Positions 26,255 through 37,928 of a DNA stretch of 64,000 nt are shown piece after piece. The DNA is from Octopus sinensis (taxonomy: Eukaryota). The translations under genes were made by a program, and so were the position numbers. Location: the NCBI RefSeq assembly GCF_006345805.1, contig NC_042998.1, forward strand, positions 188,046,001 to 188,110,000. Direction: 5' to 3'. Under the pieces are notes generated by a model that was not told where the DNA came from, ran no database searches, and saw only the letters and a program-made list of their open reading frames with translations. Every line of letters begins with the position of its first letter. Within the stretch, counting starts at the first letter, position 1.

Positions 26255-26790
26255 ATACGAAGCAGTTGTTTAGTTCCAGGTCAGTACTCATTTTACAAAT
26301 CAATTTTCCCCATTGAAATTAATTGAAATATAATTAATTTGTTCCAGCCCCCCCCCCATACCACCCCAAATATTTTTTTCTGGGTTTTAAAGTGGAAAAG
26401 GTGAAGTTGCAAGGAAAATGACAATTATAAAAACATAATAAAAGAGAAGGCAAATGAAATCTGTAAATTGGTTTTTATCAATTTAATTACCCTAAAGATG
26501 GGATGATTTGTGTGCGTGGAAGACGATGGAGTGGGGAGGAGGAGGATCATTGTTTGGAAGGAGAATCTCCTTCCATTAAGACTTCAGGAAGAACAATCTC
26601 TGGCGTTTTCTCTCTCACTTCGCTTAATTTAGGCTTTTTGGACACCCTTTCTTCACTTTTCAAATTTGCAGGTTGTTTCATTAGAAATATATCAAGAGAA
26701 GTCTGCTTTTTTCCTACCTTGTAAAATGTTACAAAAATGTGCCAGAGCCCTGTCATTAAATAAAGCAGCTGCACGACCTGCAGATACTCT
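26255..26790 (-). mobile_element. pogo/Tigger DNA transposon, 3' fragment
   Basis: Minus strand, across a frameshift: ALFNDRALAHFCNILQGR / KKQTSLDIFL...REKTPEIVLPEVLMEGDSPSKQ*, typical of a Tigger transposase C-terminus. Downstream ggaacaaattaattatatttcaattaatttcaatggggaaaattgattt resembles Tigger subterminal sequence. Confidence 0.75.
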
Positions 26791-26844
26791 TTTAGGATGA
26801 TATTTTTCTACAAATTCAGAAATATATATATATATATATATATA

Positions 26845-27340
26845 TCATCATCGTTTAACGTCCGTTTTCTGCGCTAGCATGGGTTGGACGGTTCGACCGG
26901 GGTCTGGGAAGCCAGGGGCTGCACCAGGCTCCAGTCTGATCTGGCAGAGTTTCTACAGCTGGATGCCCTTCCTAACGCCAACCACTCCGCGAGTGTAGTG
27001 GGTGCTTTTTACGTGCCACCTGCACAGGTGCCAGGGGGGTCCGGCATCGGCCACAATTGGTTGGAGCTTTTAACGTGCTACCGGCATGGAAGCCAGCCAA
27101 GGCGGAGCTGGCAATGGCCACGTTCGGATGGTGCTTTTTATGTGCCACTGGCACAGAAGCCAGTCGGGACGGCGCTGGCATCAGCCACGTTCGGATGGTG
27201 CTTTTTATGTGCTACCAGCACAGAAGCCAGTCGAGGCGGCACTGGCAACGGCCACGTACGGATGGTGCTTTTTATGTGCCACCGGCACAGGTATCACAAC
27301 TACTATTTCCATTGATATTTATTTCGATGTTCGTGTTCAT
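26845..27340 (-). mobile_element. SINE-like repeat family C with an internal 67-bp tandem array
   Basis: Best-preserved family C copy. The cggatggtgctttttatgtgcc unit recurs at ~27058, 27125, 27192 and 27259. Confidence 0.85.
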
Positions 27341-27424
27341 GTTCACGTACACGAACATCGATATATATATATATACACACACATATGTGTATATATGTAT
27401 ACATGCACACACACACACATAGAT

Positions 27425-27796
27425 GCAGGAGTGGATGTATGGTAAGAAGCTTGCTTCCAAACCACATGGTTCCGTGTTCAGTCCCACCGTGTTGCACCTT
27501 CTTGGGCAAGTGTCTTCTACTATAGCCTCGGGCTGACAAAAGCTTTGTGATTGGATCTGGTAGACAAAAACTGAAAGAAGCCTGTTGTATGTGTGTGTGT
27601 GTATGTGTGTATATATATATATATCTTTTGATATATATGAGTGTGTGTCTGTGTGTCAGTATTTGACAACCGATGTTGGTGTGTTTACGTCCCAATTACT
27701 TAGCAGTTATGCAAAAGGAACCAACAGAATAAGTACTAGGCTTACAAAGAATAAGTCCTGGGGTCGATTTGTTCAACTAAAAACAAATAAAAGAAT
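27425..27796 (+). mobile_element. tRNA-derived CORE-like SINE family A
   Basis: A-box-like GGAGTGGATGTATGG, B-box-like GTGTTCAGTCCC, CORE-like CTTGGGCAAGTGTCTT, internal TA/TG tract, conserved 3' tail. Confidence 0.85.
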
Positions 27797-27805
27797 GTAT
27801 GTATG

Positions 27806-27837
<32 letters not shown>

Positions 27838-27994
27838 CTCGAGATCAGGTTTTTCAATGTGCTACTGAAACACTGGGATATACTACTTTATCATCTTATG
27901 AAGCAGGTTTATGGGCCTCAGAGCTCTGCATCAGCTCCCTGCTTTGCTTTCCAAGGAGTCTTCTACTTTATTTACTAAATCAACTGTGATCACA

Positions 27995-28669
27995 GGTGGC
28001 TGGATTAGACATTTTTCTGAACCCCTAAACCGTGAGTCAGTTGTGGACGAAGCAGTGATTGTCATTAGCTTCTTAAATTCTACACCCTCAATAGATGAGG
28101 TAATGATAGCAATAAGTAAATTGAATCTTGGTAAGGCACCTGGTAGGGATGGTATTTGTGCTGAGGTCCTGCGATTTGGAGGTGGTCACATCACAGAGTC
28201 CTTTCATGAACTTATTAATGTAATCTGGGGGGATGGTGTAATGCCTAAAGCTTGGAAGGATGCAATTATTCTTCCTCTCTATAAAGGAAAGGGAGCCAGA
28301 GCAGAGTATGGCAACTACAGAGGTATTGCTCTAATTTCAGCTGCTGGCAAGGTTCTGGCAAGTATTCTTCTTACCCGCTTGAATAGATGTCTTATAAATG
28401 ATGTCCTATCTGAATCTCAATCTGGTTTCCGTTCAGGAAGAGGAACGATGGATATGATTTTCACAGCGAGATAGATGCAGAAGTGCTGAGCACACATATG
28501 AGCAGAATATGGATCTTGTCCAGGTATTCATTAATTTTACCAAGGCCTTTGATACTGTGAATAGGGCCTCCTCATGGAAAATACTTGGCATACTTGGTTG
28601 TCTGGATCACTTTGCATCAATAATCAAATCATTTCATGATGGGATGGAGGCTTGGGTCAATGTTGGTGG
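27995..28669 (+). mobile_element. RTE-clade LINE RT fragment
   Basis: WIRHFSEPLNR, GKAPGRDGICAEVL, WKDAIILPLYKGKG, GNYRGIALIS, ESQSGFRSGRGTMDMIF, FTKAFDTVNR. Interrupted by stops. Confidence 0.9.
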
Positions 28670-29090
28670 TGGAAGAAAACCAAAATTTTCAGATAGGGAC
28701 TATCAAACTCTTACGCAAATTGTTAGAAAGGATCACAAAAGTACAGCTCCCTAAGTTACTGCAGAGCTTAATTACCACTTCAAGAACCCAGTTTCCACAA
28801 AAATCTGTTCACCAGGAGCTGCACAAAGCTGCATTTCACTTGAGAGTTGCAATCAGAAAACTACTGCTTTCAAAGACAAACGTTGCAAAGCATTTAGATT
28901 GGAGTAAAAAACCTATAGAATTGGTCCCTAGAGCAGTGGAAGACTGTTATTTTCTCGGGCAAGTCATCTTTTACCTTATTTCCGACCACCGGCTGCATAT
29001 ACGTGTGGAGACAGCCAAAAGAAGCATTTAACCCAGACTGCTTTCCTTCAACTGTTAAACATGGAGAAGCTTCTGTGATGATCGGGGTGG
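28670..29090 (+). mobile_element. Tc1-type transposase fragment fused directly to the RTE fragment
   Basis: Across frames: GRKPKFSDRDYQTLTQIVRKDHKSTA..VTAELN...ELHKAAFH..AIRKLLLS...WKTVIFS...VWRQPKEAFNPDC...TVKHG (DNA-binding region plus start of DDE domain). Confidence 0.8.
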
Positions 29091-29857
29091 GTGGGGGGGT
29101 ATTATCTTGGAAATATGACCTCTTTGAAAGTCCGATAGATCTGTTATTTTAATGAATTTTAATTACCTTTTTCTAATGATATCTGAAAAGAAACAGCAAT
29201 TTTAGCAAAACATATTAAGCAACATTAATAATAAGTCAAAAAAACTTAAACAAGCTTTTGACGGTTTTGTAGATATTTCAAAATTATGATGCTATGATGC
29301 TAGGTGTTTCTATTATTTTGTCCAACGCCAGTATACGTGTGTGTGTGTGTGTGCGTGCATGCATGTATACATACATATATGGTGTGCGTGTGTATATGTA
29401 TATATTTTATATGTATGTTTGTGTGTGTGTGTGTATATAAACTATATTATAAATGTAAGGGAAATAACTGCAATTCCCCATGTTACCGGAGTTGTCTTCT
29501 CTTATCGTCTGCTCCCGTTTTGAATGGAAGTTTACATTGGCATTCATCTAAATGTCATTATATTTGATACTTATAAGTTTATTTCTGCACAAATTGGTAT
29601 TTTACTCCAGCTAGATAAGTTATATCTTCGGCAAGTATAATTTTGAATTCTATCTCTCACTGTTTATGTTCTACGTTATTGAATCATATCAACGTAATCG
29701 AATCATTTCCTTCTTTTGTTATCCATAAGAATAGGGACCGAATTCCCTTAAAAAAAGGGAAGAACTTATTTATTCGACGGTGTTGTTCCAGAATTTTGTG
29801 TAAGATGTCAGGAGCACTTTTGAGATTAGAGCTGACTTGAACTTAAACAACAAGTAT

Positions 29858-30200
29858 GGCGCAGGAGTGGCTGTGTGGTAAGTAGCTTGCTAACCAGCCA
29901 CATGGTTCCGGGTTCAGTCCGACTGCCTGGCATCTTGGGCAAGTGTCTTCTGCTATAGCCCCGGGCCGACCAATGCCTTGTGAGTGGATTTGGTAGACGG
30001 AAACTGAAAGAAGCCTGTCGTATATATGTATGTGTGTGTTTGTGTGTCTGTGTTTGACAACCGATGCTGGTGTGGTTCGACAAAAGAGACCGATAGAATA
30101 AGTACTGGGTTTACAAAGAATAAGTCCTGGGGTCAATTTGCTCGATTAAAGGCGGTGCTCCAGCATGGCCGCAGTCAAATGACTGAAACAAGTAAAAGAG
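29858..30200 (+). mobile_element. SINE family A, near full length
   Basis: GGCGCAGGAGTGGCTGTGTGGTAAG...GGTTCAGTCC...CTTGGGCAAGTGTCTT...GCAGTCAAATGACTGAAACAAGTAAAAGAG. Confidence 0.9.
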
Positions 30201-30316
30201 AAAGAGAAAAGAGAAAGAACAACAGCAGTTAAATAATCCATCTACATTTAGTGAGTTTAGATATATCCAAAATATCGTGTTACTGGTCCGATCTGCACAA
30301 CAATAATGTGAAGTAA

Positions 30317-30711
30317 TCTCTCTCTATATAAAGCTGAAGTTGTCTAAGTATGGCAGGTTTGGTAGCCTTCAACTAATACTATCTCCTCCGAGACGCTGTG
30401 GCGCAAGTTGACCAAAATTGAGAGTATGATAGAAGAAGGCTTGCTCTTCATTCCGTAGAAGAAAAAATTCAAATCGGACCATGTTAACACCAAAAATTAA
30501 TTACATCAAAAAGGTGCTTTTTTTCTATGAAAATCCCTGTTTTTTTTACGATTTTTTTTACTGCTGTGTCGCCATTTTTCGGTGTATTTCAACCAGAAAA
30601 ATGTTCATTTAAAGAGAATAACAAGCTACATAATGCAAAATTTTTACTTTTCAAAAATTCCAATTCTAAAGGGTCGAAACAAGCCCGAGCAATGCCGGGC
30701 AATACTGCTAG
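30317..30711 (+). mobile_element. Non-autonomous Helitron (~395 bp)
   Basis: A|TC start (TCTCTCTCTATATAAAG), 3' GC-rich hairpin GCCCGAGCAATGCCGGGC (30683-30700), CTAG|T end, no TSD. Confidence 0.85.
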
Positions 30712-30736
30712 TTAATTAATAAATTTGACACACACA

Positions 30737-30815
<79 letters not shown>

Positions 30816-31599
30816 CATACATACACACGTACATAGGTGTATGTATATTGTGTGTGTGTATGTGTGTGTGTGAACTAACCTATTAAATATTGAAATGAAA
30901 GTGCAAAATATCAATAAGAAGAACCTGATTCCATACTTTCAAAATCGATAATGGTTTGGTTGTTCGTCTTACTGTTTAAAAAAACTTGAGTGACAAATTT
31001 TGTAGGTGTTGAGATTTGAATAGTGTGCTTGTCCACCTTACTAACCTTTAAAAGTTTTGTTCTTTTATCAGATTCAATAACTGCTTTTTGAACTTGGTTA
31101 GTTGGCACTGGCTCAAATCTTCACGGCAAATACGGTTCCCTCAACCGGCGAAAGGAACTCCAGTAATATAAGAGAAAGCCGCTACATTGTCACTCAACTT
31201 ACTAGAAATAGCAGCCAAATCTTCCTGAAATCACATCTGACTGTCTCAAAAATCGAGACGTTAAATAATAAAAATAATAATGAAATTATTGTATACAGTG
31301 CTCAGGTGCACCACAACTTGTCAGAAAGTGCGTATAGAGTATATGCAATAATGTACAAATAGGGGTAGATACACTAATTTCTCAAAATCTGATGGGATGG
31401 TCATAGTTAGAATGCTTTTTACTATAGGTTCACTCGATATAAAAATGACAGCGGCTCATATATCTGTTTTGTTTCGTTTGAGAAACTTGAATGCTATATA
31501 ATATTGTTCCAAGTTTGTTGAACCAGTAAGACATCATATAAACTGGATAACGATTACATCGGGCGCCAAATTTCGTATTTTCCAAAAAAATAATTTAAA

Positions 31600-31858
31600 A
31601 CTTTTTGCTGGTCTCAGTCATTGGAATGTGCTCCTGCTAGGGCGCCGCATTGAAGGGTTTATTCGAACATATTGGCATCAGTACTTACTTTTTAAAACAT
31701 GGCATTTATTCTATCGGGCTCCTTTGCCGAACTGCTACGTTATGGGGATGTAAAAAAACGAATACCAGTTTTCCAGCTGTGGTAGTGACCAAAACACAAA
31801 GGACACACACACACATACACATGTATATATATTAACACACACACACACACACACACAC

Positions 31859-31892
<34 letters not shown>

Positions 31893-31995
31893 TATCTATG
31901 TGTCTATATGCGTATAGATATATAAATATATTTATATATATACATATATATATATATACACACATATATACACACACACACACACACACATATAT

Positions 31996-32054
<59 letters not shown>

Positions 32055-32215
32055 CAGGGGCGGGAGTGGCTGTAAGAAGCTTACTTCCCAACCACATGGT
32101 CCTGGTTCAGTCCTACTGTGTGGCACCTTGGGCAAGCGTCTTCTACTATAGCCTCAGGCCGGCCAAAGCCTTGTGAGCAAATTTGATTGACGAAAACTGA
32201 AAGAAGCGCGTCGTG
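31600..32215. mobile_element. Composite: minus-strand family A-like SINE tail, CA/TA microsatellite, plus-strand family A head (32057-32215)
   Basis: Tail homologous to 37929-38090. Head ggggcgggagtggctgtaagaagcttacttcccaaccacatgg...ccttgggcaagcgtctt. Confidence 0.7.
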
Positions 32216-32396
32216 TATACATACATACATACATACATATATATATATATATTATATATATATATGTTCAGTAAAATTTAGATTCAGTTGAATATGGTAC
32301 TTAAGTTAAAGGCACCAGAATTTAGTATGGTATTATCCATATAATTCAAAATGGGATGATTACAATTAAAATAAGCAATAAGTTTATCCAGAGGTA

Positions 32397-32486
32397 ATGC
32401 AGTACGATCGTTTCATGCGACTCCATTTAATTGAACAATGAAAATACTACATCAGTTTTAAAATGTTGTGCAATCTTCAACTGCAT
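32397..32486 (-). ncRNA. Type I hammerhead-ribozyme-like motif with long helix II and palindromic helix III
   Basis: Minus strand ATGCAG-TTGAAGA-TTGC...GCAT-GAA-ACGATCGT-A-CTGCAT. Perfect 6-bp helix I, GUA triplet, C3U variant. Confidence 0.55.
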
Positions 32487-32699
32487 AAAAATATAGAATT
32501 TAGTTAAATTCGAAGGATTCATTTGTACAGTTTTTCTATTAACCAAAATCACAAAGAGGATAAGTAGATAGACAAAGGACATGTTTCCTCAACAACATCA
32601 TAGTTGTATATGGAGCAAATAATACATCAACCAACTAGGGCAAACCATATACTTGAATCTCTGCTTCACAAGCAATGTATATCTCATCCATAATGTGAA

Positions 32700-34190
32700 A
32701 GTGACACCGACACTATATATATATCTCGGATCAGAACATAATAGCGCTGACTATGTATGGACCAAACGAACCCACAGACGTTCAGCCTATGAGAAGCCCC
32801 CAAAATCTCTCCAATTTGAACTACCTCAAAGCAGACTGGAAATCGATTGAAAAAGAGATCACCAAACGGTACTGGTTCCAATGTCTCTCTACACATGACA
32901 TAGACATGAAATTGAAAATGTTCATGTTTGTAATGCAAGCCATATGCTACAATTTTTTCCCCACTGCACATAAAAACAAGATTCCTAGGGAGAGAAAAGT
33001 TCTTATGAGACGGAGTACAAAAACTGAAAACTGCCTCAACAGAGAACTCAACGGGAGTGAGAAACTCCGCCTGGAAACAGCACTACTTGGGACTGAGAAA
33101 CAACTGAAGCACTTCCATGAGAAGAAAAAATCAAACAGAGGAGCATGGGCCATAAGAAATATAAAATCAGACCCTAAAGTCTTCTTTAAGTACGCCAAGG
33201 AAACTGCCTCCATATACTGTAGGTCAGGGACAATCCTACAAAAAGACGAGTCCCTTACGGGAAACCCAATAAGGATAAGTCAAACACTGAATGAACAGTT
33301 CAAAAGTGTCTTTACCCCACCCTTACGGCACATGCAAGTTAGCAAACCGGTAGAGAATTCTCCATCGCTACAGAAGCTGAATGGGAGGCAGTAACAATTG
33401 ATTACATCAACATCGAAGAAAAGGATGTAATGCTGGCAATAGATGATAGAGATGCAAACTCAGCTGCTAGCCATAATAGATTCTCAGCAATCCTTCTCAA
33501 GTCATGCGAACGAGTCCTTGCAAAACCATTGCAGTTACTTTTTCAGAGCTTCCTTGCAAATGTTAAGCTCCCGGACAAAATAAAGCAGGGAATAATATAC
33601 CCTATCTATAAAGGAGGAAGCAAGCAAATGCTAAAACCTATAGGCCTATCTCCCTGACCCCACACATCAACAAAGTCATAGAACGAATAGTCAGGGAGTG
33701 GTGGTCAATGGGGTCACCTCTGAGGAAACACAAATAATGAGTGGTGTTCCACAGGGCACTGTCATGGGACCGCTGCTATTCATAGTGGCCCTCTCTGACA
33801 TGCCCTCAGCTGTTCAAGTAGCCACCCTTGCTAGCTATACAGACGATGCAAAAGTTTCTTAGAGGATACAAGACCCTCGAGTCGTTGTGCATCAACAACG
33901 TGAGTCGGACGCAATATACAGATGGGATGAGGAAAATAAGATGTAGTTTAATGCTGGGAAATTCCAGGCTTTGCGCTACCAACACAGAAAGCTCAATGAA
34001 AAGCAGATAGGATACACTGGCCCTGGAGGGATTCCAATTCCCGAATCAAAATCAGTGCGCGACCTGGGCATCGACATGAGTAATGATGCATTTTTCCAAG
34101 TGCATATTACAAAGTTAGCAATAAAACGCAGACGTCTGGCCGGATAGATCTTTCGAACTCTCAAGACAAGAGAAAAGGAAACCAAGCTGG
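32700..34190 (+). mobile_element. CR1-group LINE remnant, same family as 21300-22932, internally deleted
   Basis: LNYLKADWKSIEKEI, IKSDPKVFFKYAK, GVPQGTVMGPLLFIV, SYTDD, VRDLGIDMS. 33400-33660 aligns with 21370-21640. Confidence 0.88.
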
Positions 34191-34335
34191 TTCACCTATC
34201 GCATGTAGGGGTATTTGCACCCAATATTCCTGTTGTGTGTGCAGATAATGCAATCCAGCTAATACCCGCCCTTGCTAATTTAGACATATATATTAGGAAG
34301 TTAAATGTTATGACCGGTCATAAAGCGTATATATA

Positions 34336-34379
<44 letters not shown>

Positions 34380-34383
<4 letters not shown>

Positions 34384-35450
34384 TTATAAAATATTAGGGA
34401 ATAAATCCAAACTTACAGGAAAAATCAGATTTAGGATTAAATCCAATTTTATAGTAAAATATATTATATTATATTATATTAAATTAGAGATAAAACCACT
34501 ATTTGGCAAATCAAATAATGAAAAACATAAGCCAATACATAAAATGAATTAATTTATATTATTTTAAATATATATCAAAAGTATAAAAAGTTTAATAAAA
34601 GATAAAGAGTAAAACACTACGATCGTTTCATGGCTGTACAATTCGTAATAATTCGAGTTATGGTTACAGTCAATCTTCAGATTAATTGAAATATGTAAAA
34701 TATAATCAGAAATATTTAAACAATATTTTTAAGATATAAATAATATAATAATTTTACTTATAATAAACTCTATTATCAAACTAGAAACATAAAACTTAAC
34801 AATTATGATTATATCAAAATCGACTATAATGTTAAATATTAATTTTAATTTATAAGGTAGGAAACCCACCAATAATCTAATATCGGTATTAGTCTATATC
34901 TATTTACATAAATATTAAAAAATGACTAATATATATAAATTATCAATGAAAATATATAAATGTATATAAATATTATAATTAAGATCTAAAATAATATCTA
35001 TAAATAAATATATATGCACATATAATAAAAACCTAATAAATTAATTTTTCATATTTAAAGATGAAATAGCTAATTACAAAATACAAATAAACAAACTTAA
35101 ACGAACTTTCGGAAATCTTATGTAAAATACTTATAGAAATAATCAATTCCTAGTAATATAGTATCGAATAAATACTATGAATACTATAAATATAATTATC
35201 AATGGGGATAACTAGCGAATATCAATTTAAAGAAATAACTAAGTTATGCTATTAAATTAGACATGGCCTGGACCAATCTTTAGTCGAAACATATCTAAAT
35301 TTATCAAAGTTTATCTAATTTAATTATAAATTTAAAATTACAATTAATACTATTAAAACATGCATATACAAAAGCCTAACTTTAGACACCTCGTATGCTT
35401 GCTATCAAATAACAAATCTATCGCTAAGTAGTATCTTACGAATAAACTTA
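34380..35450. repeat. Very A-rich interspersed repeat, probably Penelope-like LTR/UTR, containing a hammerhead-like core
   Basis: Extremely AT-rich block bounded by (TA)n. Minus-strand CTGAAGA...GAAACGATCGTA at 34612-34686. Classification is inferred from the ribozyme motif only. Confidence 0.4.
34612..34686 (-). ncRNA. Hammerhead-like core with helices II and III intact, helix I broken
   Basis: CTGAAGA-TTGACTGTA...TACAGCCAT-GAA-ACGATCGT-A. Flanks ATTAAT / GTGTTT do not pair. Confidence 0.4.
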
Positions 35451-35596
35451 AATTTAATATCTTATAATATAGAAAATTACGATAATTAGATCATTACATA
35501 AACAACAATATTTACATATATATACATATATATATATATACAAACATATATATATATATATATATATATGTAAATTATATATACATATATATATAC

Positions 35597-35629
<33 letters not shown>

Positions 35630-35786
35630 ATTTACATATATATATATATATATATATCGAAATTGCTAAGATGATCTGGTTCTTGACTGATGACTGAGGG
35701 CTTCGAATGTCCCGTCCTGTGGTTCTTGTGTCGTCTCTGTGGTGTTTCATGTTCTTGTCCATGTCTGTATTTAATTTTACTGTTTA

Positions 35787-35819
<33 letters not shown>

Positions 35820-35856
35820 GTGTGTGTGTGTGTGTGCGTGTGTGTGTGTGTGTGTA

Positions 35857-36008
35857 GGCGCGTAGCTTAGTGGTTAGGGGCATTCGGCTCATGATCGTAA
35901 GGTCGTGAGTTCAATTCCCGGTAGCGCGTTGTGTCCTTGAGCAAGACACTTTATTTCACGTTGCTCCAGTCCACTCAGCTGGCTAAAAATTAGTAGTACC
36001 TGTATTTC
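35857..36008 (+). mobile_element. tRNA-derived SINE (third family; CORE/Meta-like body), 3'-truncated
   Basis: GGCGCGTAGCTTAGTGGTTAG...GAGTTCAATTCCC head, then GTGTCCTTGAGCAAGACACTTT. Ends at the junction with the R4/Dong fragment. Confidence 0.8.
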
Positions 36009-36815
36009 GTACAATAACTCGTACAATGTTACTCACTTCACTTTTCAGCACTGCATTTATATATTTATTTTTGCCACTGTTGTTTAGGAGGTATTGCTTG
36101 AGTGATACCATGCGGCATTCGAAGGCCGTCTGTACTGATCTCAGGCCTCTAACACCTTCATTTCTTCTTAGGTAGAGCCTATCAACATCACTGTTTCTGT
36201 GGAAGTTGTCAGTTGTCGTCAGGATTTTGCGGGTTTTGATATTTATGGAGTGGATTTCCTCTTCAGACCAATCAAGTATCCCAAAAGTTCGGATCAGCAC
36301 TGGTACTGCAAATATATTGTGGGATTTTGTTTTGATGTAAGAGGAGAGTTTCAACTGCCATATTTTCTTATGTAATATTCTCGGGTCACTCTATCTTTAT
36401 TCACAGTACCTTCATATGATACGTTTTCTTCTATGCATAAGTACTTGTAACATTCTTTGTGTGGAATGGAGGAGATAGAGAGACTGTTGATGCACAGGTT
36501 TTGGGTTCGGGGGACTGACTTTTTCGTTCTATAACCAAATATGAACATTTCTTTTGGCCAAATTCCATGCCTATATCAGCTGTATATATTGTTATTAATT
36601 CCAGTTGTGTTTTTTTTTTGCATTGTTAACACTTTTAGCTTAAACCTTCAGGTCGTCTACAAAGAAATTATGAGTTACATTGACATTTCTAGGAGTTGAA
36701 GCTCCTAGCCTGTAACCATTTGTTTTCTGCAGTAGGAACGATAATGGATTCAGTGCAAACAAAGTACAAAAAGACTATCTTCCTTGAATATTCCTTTTGA
36801 AATGTTATCAGAAAC
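36009..36815 (-). mobile_element. R4/Dong-clade non-LTR retrotransposon, RT/thumb fragment
   Basis: Minus strand, across frames: ISKGIF..DSL, THNFFVDDLK, DIGMEFGQKKC, YKYLCIEEN, NIFAVPVL..FGILDW, NSDVDRLYL.RNEG.RGL. Confidence 0.82.
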
Positions 36816-36906
36816 ATGTATGTATGTATGTATGTATGTATGTATGTATGTATGTATGTATGTATGTATGTATGTATGTATGTATGTATGTATGTATGTA
36901 TGTATG

Positions 36907-36938
<32 letters not shown>

Positions 36939-37014
36939 TGTATGTATGTATGTATGTATGTATGTATGTATGTATGTATGTATGTATGTATGTATGTATG
37001 TATGTATGTATGTA

Positions 37015-37047
<33 letters not shown>

Positions 37048-37090
37048 ATGTATGTATGTATGTATGTATGTATGTATGTATGTATGTATG
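36816..37090. repeat. (TATG)n microsatellite
   Basis: Read directly from sequence. Confidence 0.97.
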
Positions 37091-37928
37091 TGTGCGTGAA
37101 TGTATTTGTACAGAGATATGTCAACCCTAATTGTCTTTATCCGCATTAGTACATCCATATCAGCTCGTTTTGGATTTCTCTTATAGCTACTCTTGTTACT
37201 GTGGGCCTCGCCTTGGATGAAGAATTGGCATTTTTTAGTTACTACTACGTGTTTTCTATACTGAGCATATCTAGCTCTCCCCTGATGTCTGTATAAATAT
37301 GCATATATCTATTGGTTTGTCTTTGCGTTTGTATTATGTTTGACCCTCACCACTGCTTAAAAACCAGTGTTGGTTTGTTTACATCTCTCAAACGAGACAG
37401 ACCGAATATGTACCAGGCTCAAAAACTAAGTATTAGGGTCGATTTGTTTGACTAAACTTTTCAAGGCAATACCTCAGCAAGGCCAAGTTCAATGGTTGAA
37501 ACAAATAAAAGATCAAAGTTAAAAGTTATGTATATTAAAGTATTGTTTCTCATATCAGCATTGTACATTAACCACCAAGTTTACAATTTCTAATGTATAC
37601 TATACTATTTTAGATAGCTTCATATTTATTATTGAGTTTATATATTGATATTTATATTTGTACTTATTTGAATCAATTTTATGTTCTATAGAAATTCTCT
37701 ATTACTCGGTAGATGTTTTCTTCAGAATCAAATCATTACACGATCTGTACAATACTTTTATTACTTAGTTGCTCGAGAAATCTGGGAATAGGAATATAAT
37801 GAGAGAGGGATAAAAATTAGTGACGACGTTCATGCTCTTTCTAAATGCATTGGTGATGTGAAATTAAATGACTCCATCTCTAGAACCAAACCGCAGGATA
37901 GATGTGCAGGAAACATATTTACTCTCTT

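Noticed and set aside
26995-27295. CRISPR-like regular repeat with a conserved core and variable remainder
   Set aside because: The spacer parts are homologous to each other, the array lies inside a eukaryotic retroposon, and there are no cas genes.
34380-35450. Extremely AT-rich block resembling a mitochondrial insertion
   Set aside because: No mitochondrial gene, tRNA or rRNA motif is recognisable. The hammerhead-like core favours a retroelement origin.
35857-35930. tRNA-like sequence with A and B boxes and a CTCATGA loop
   Set aside because: The acceptor stem does not close, and it runs directly into a CCTTGAGCAAGACAC SINE body. It is a SINE head, not a tRNA gene.
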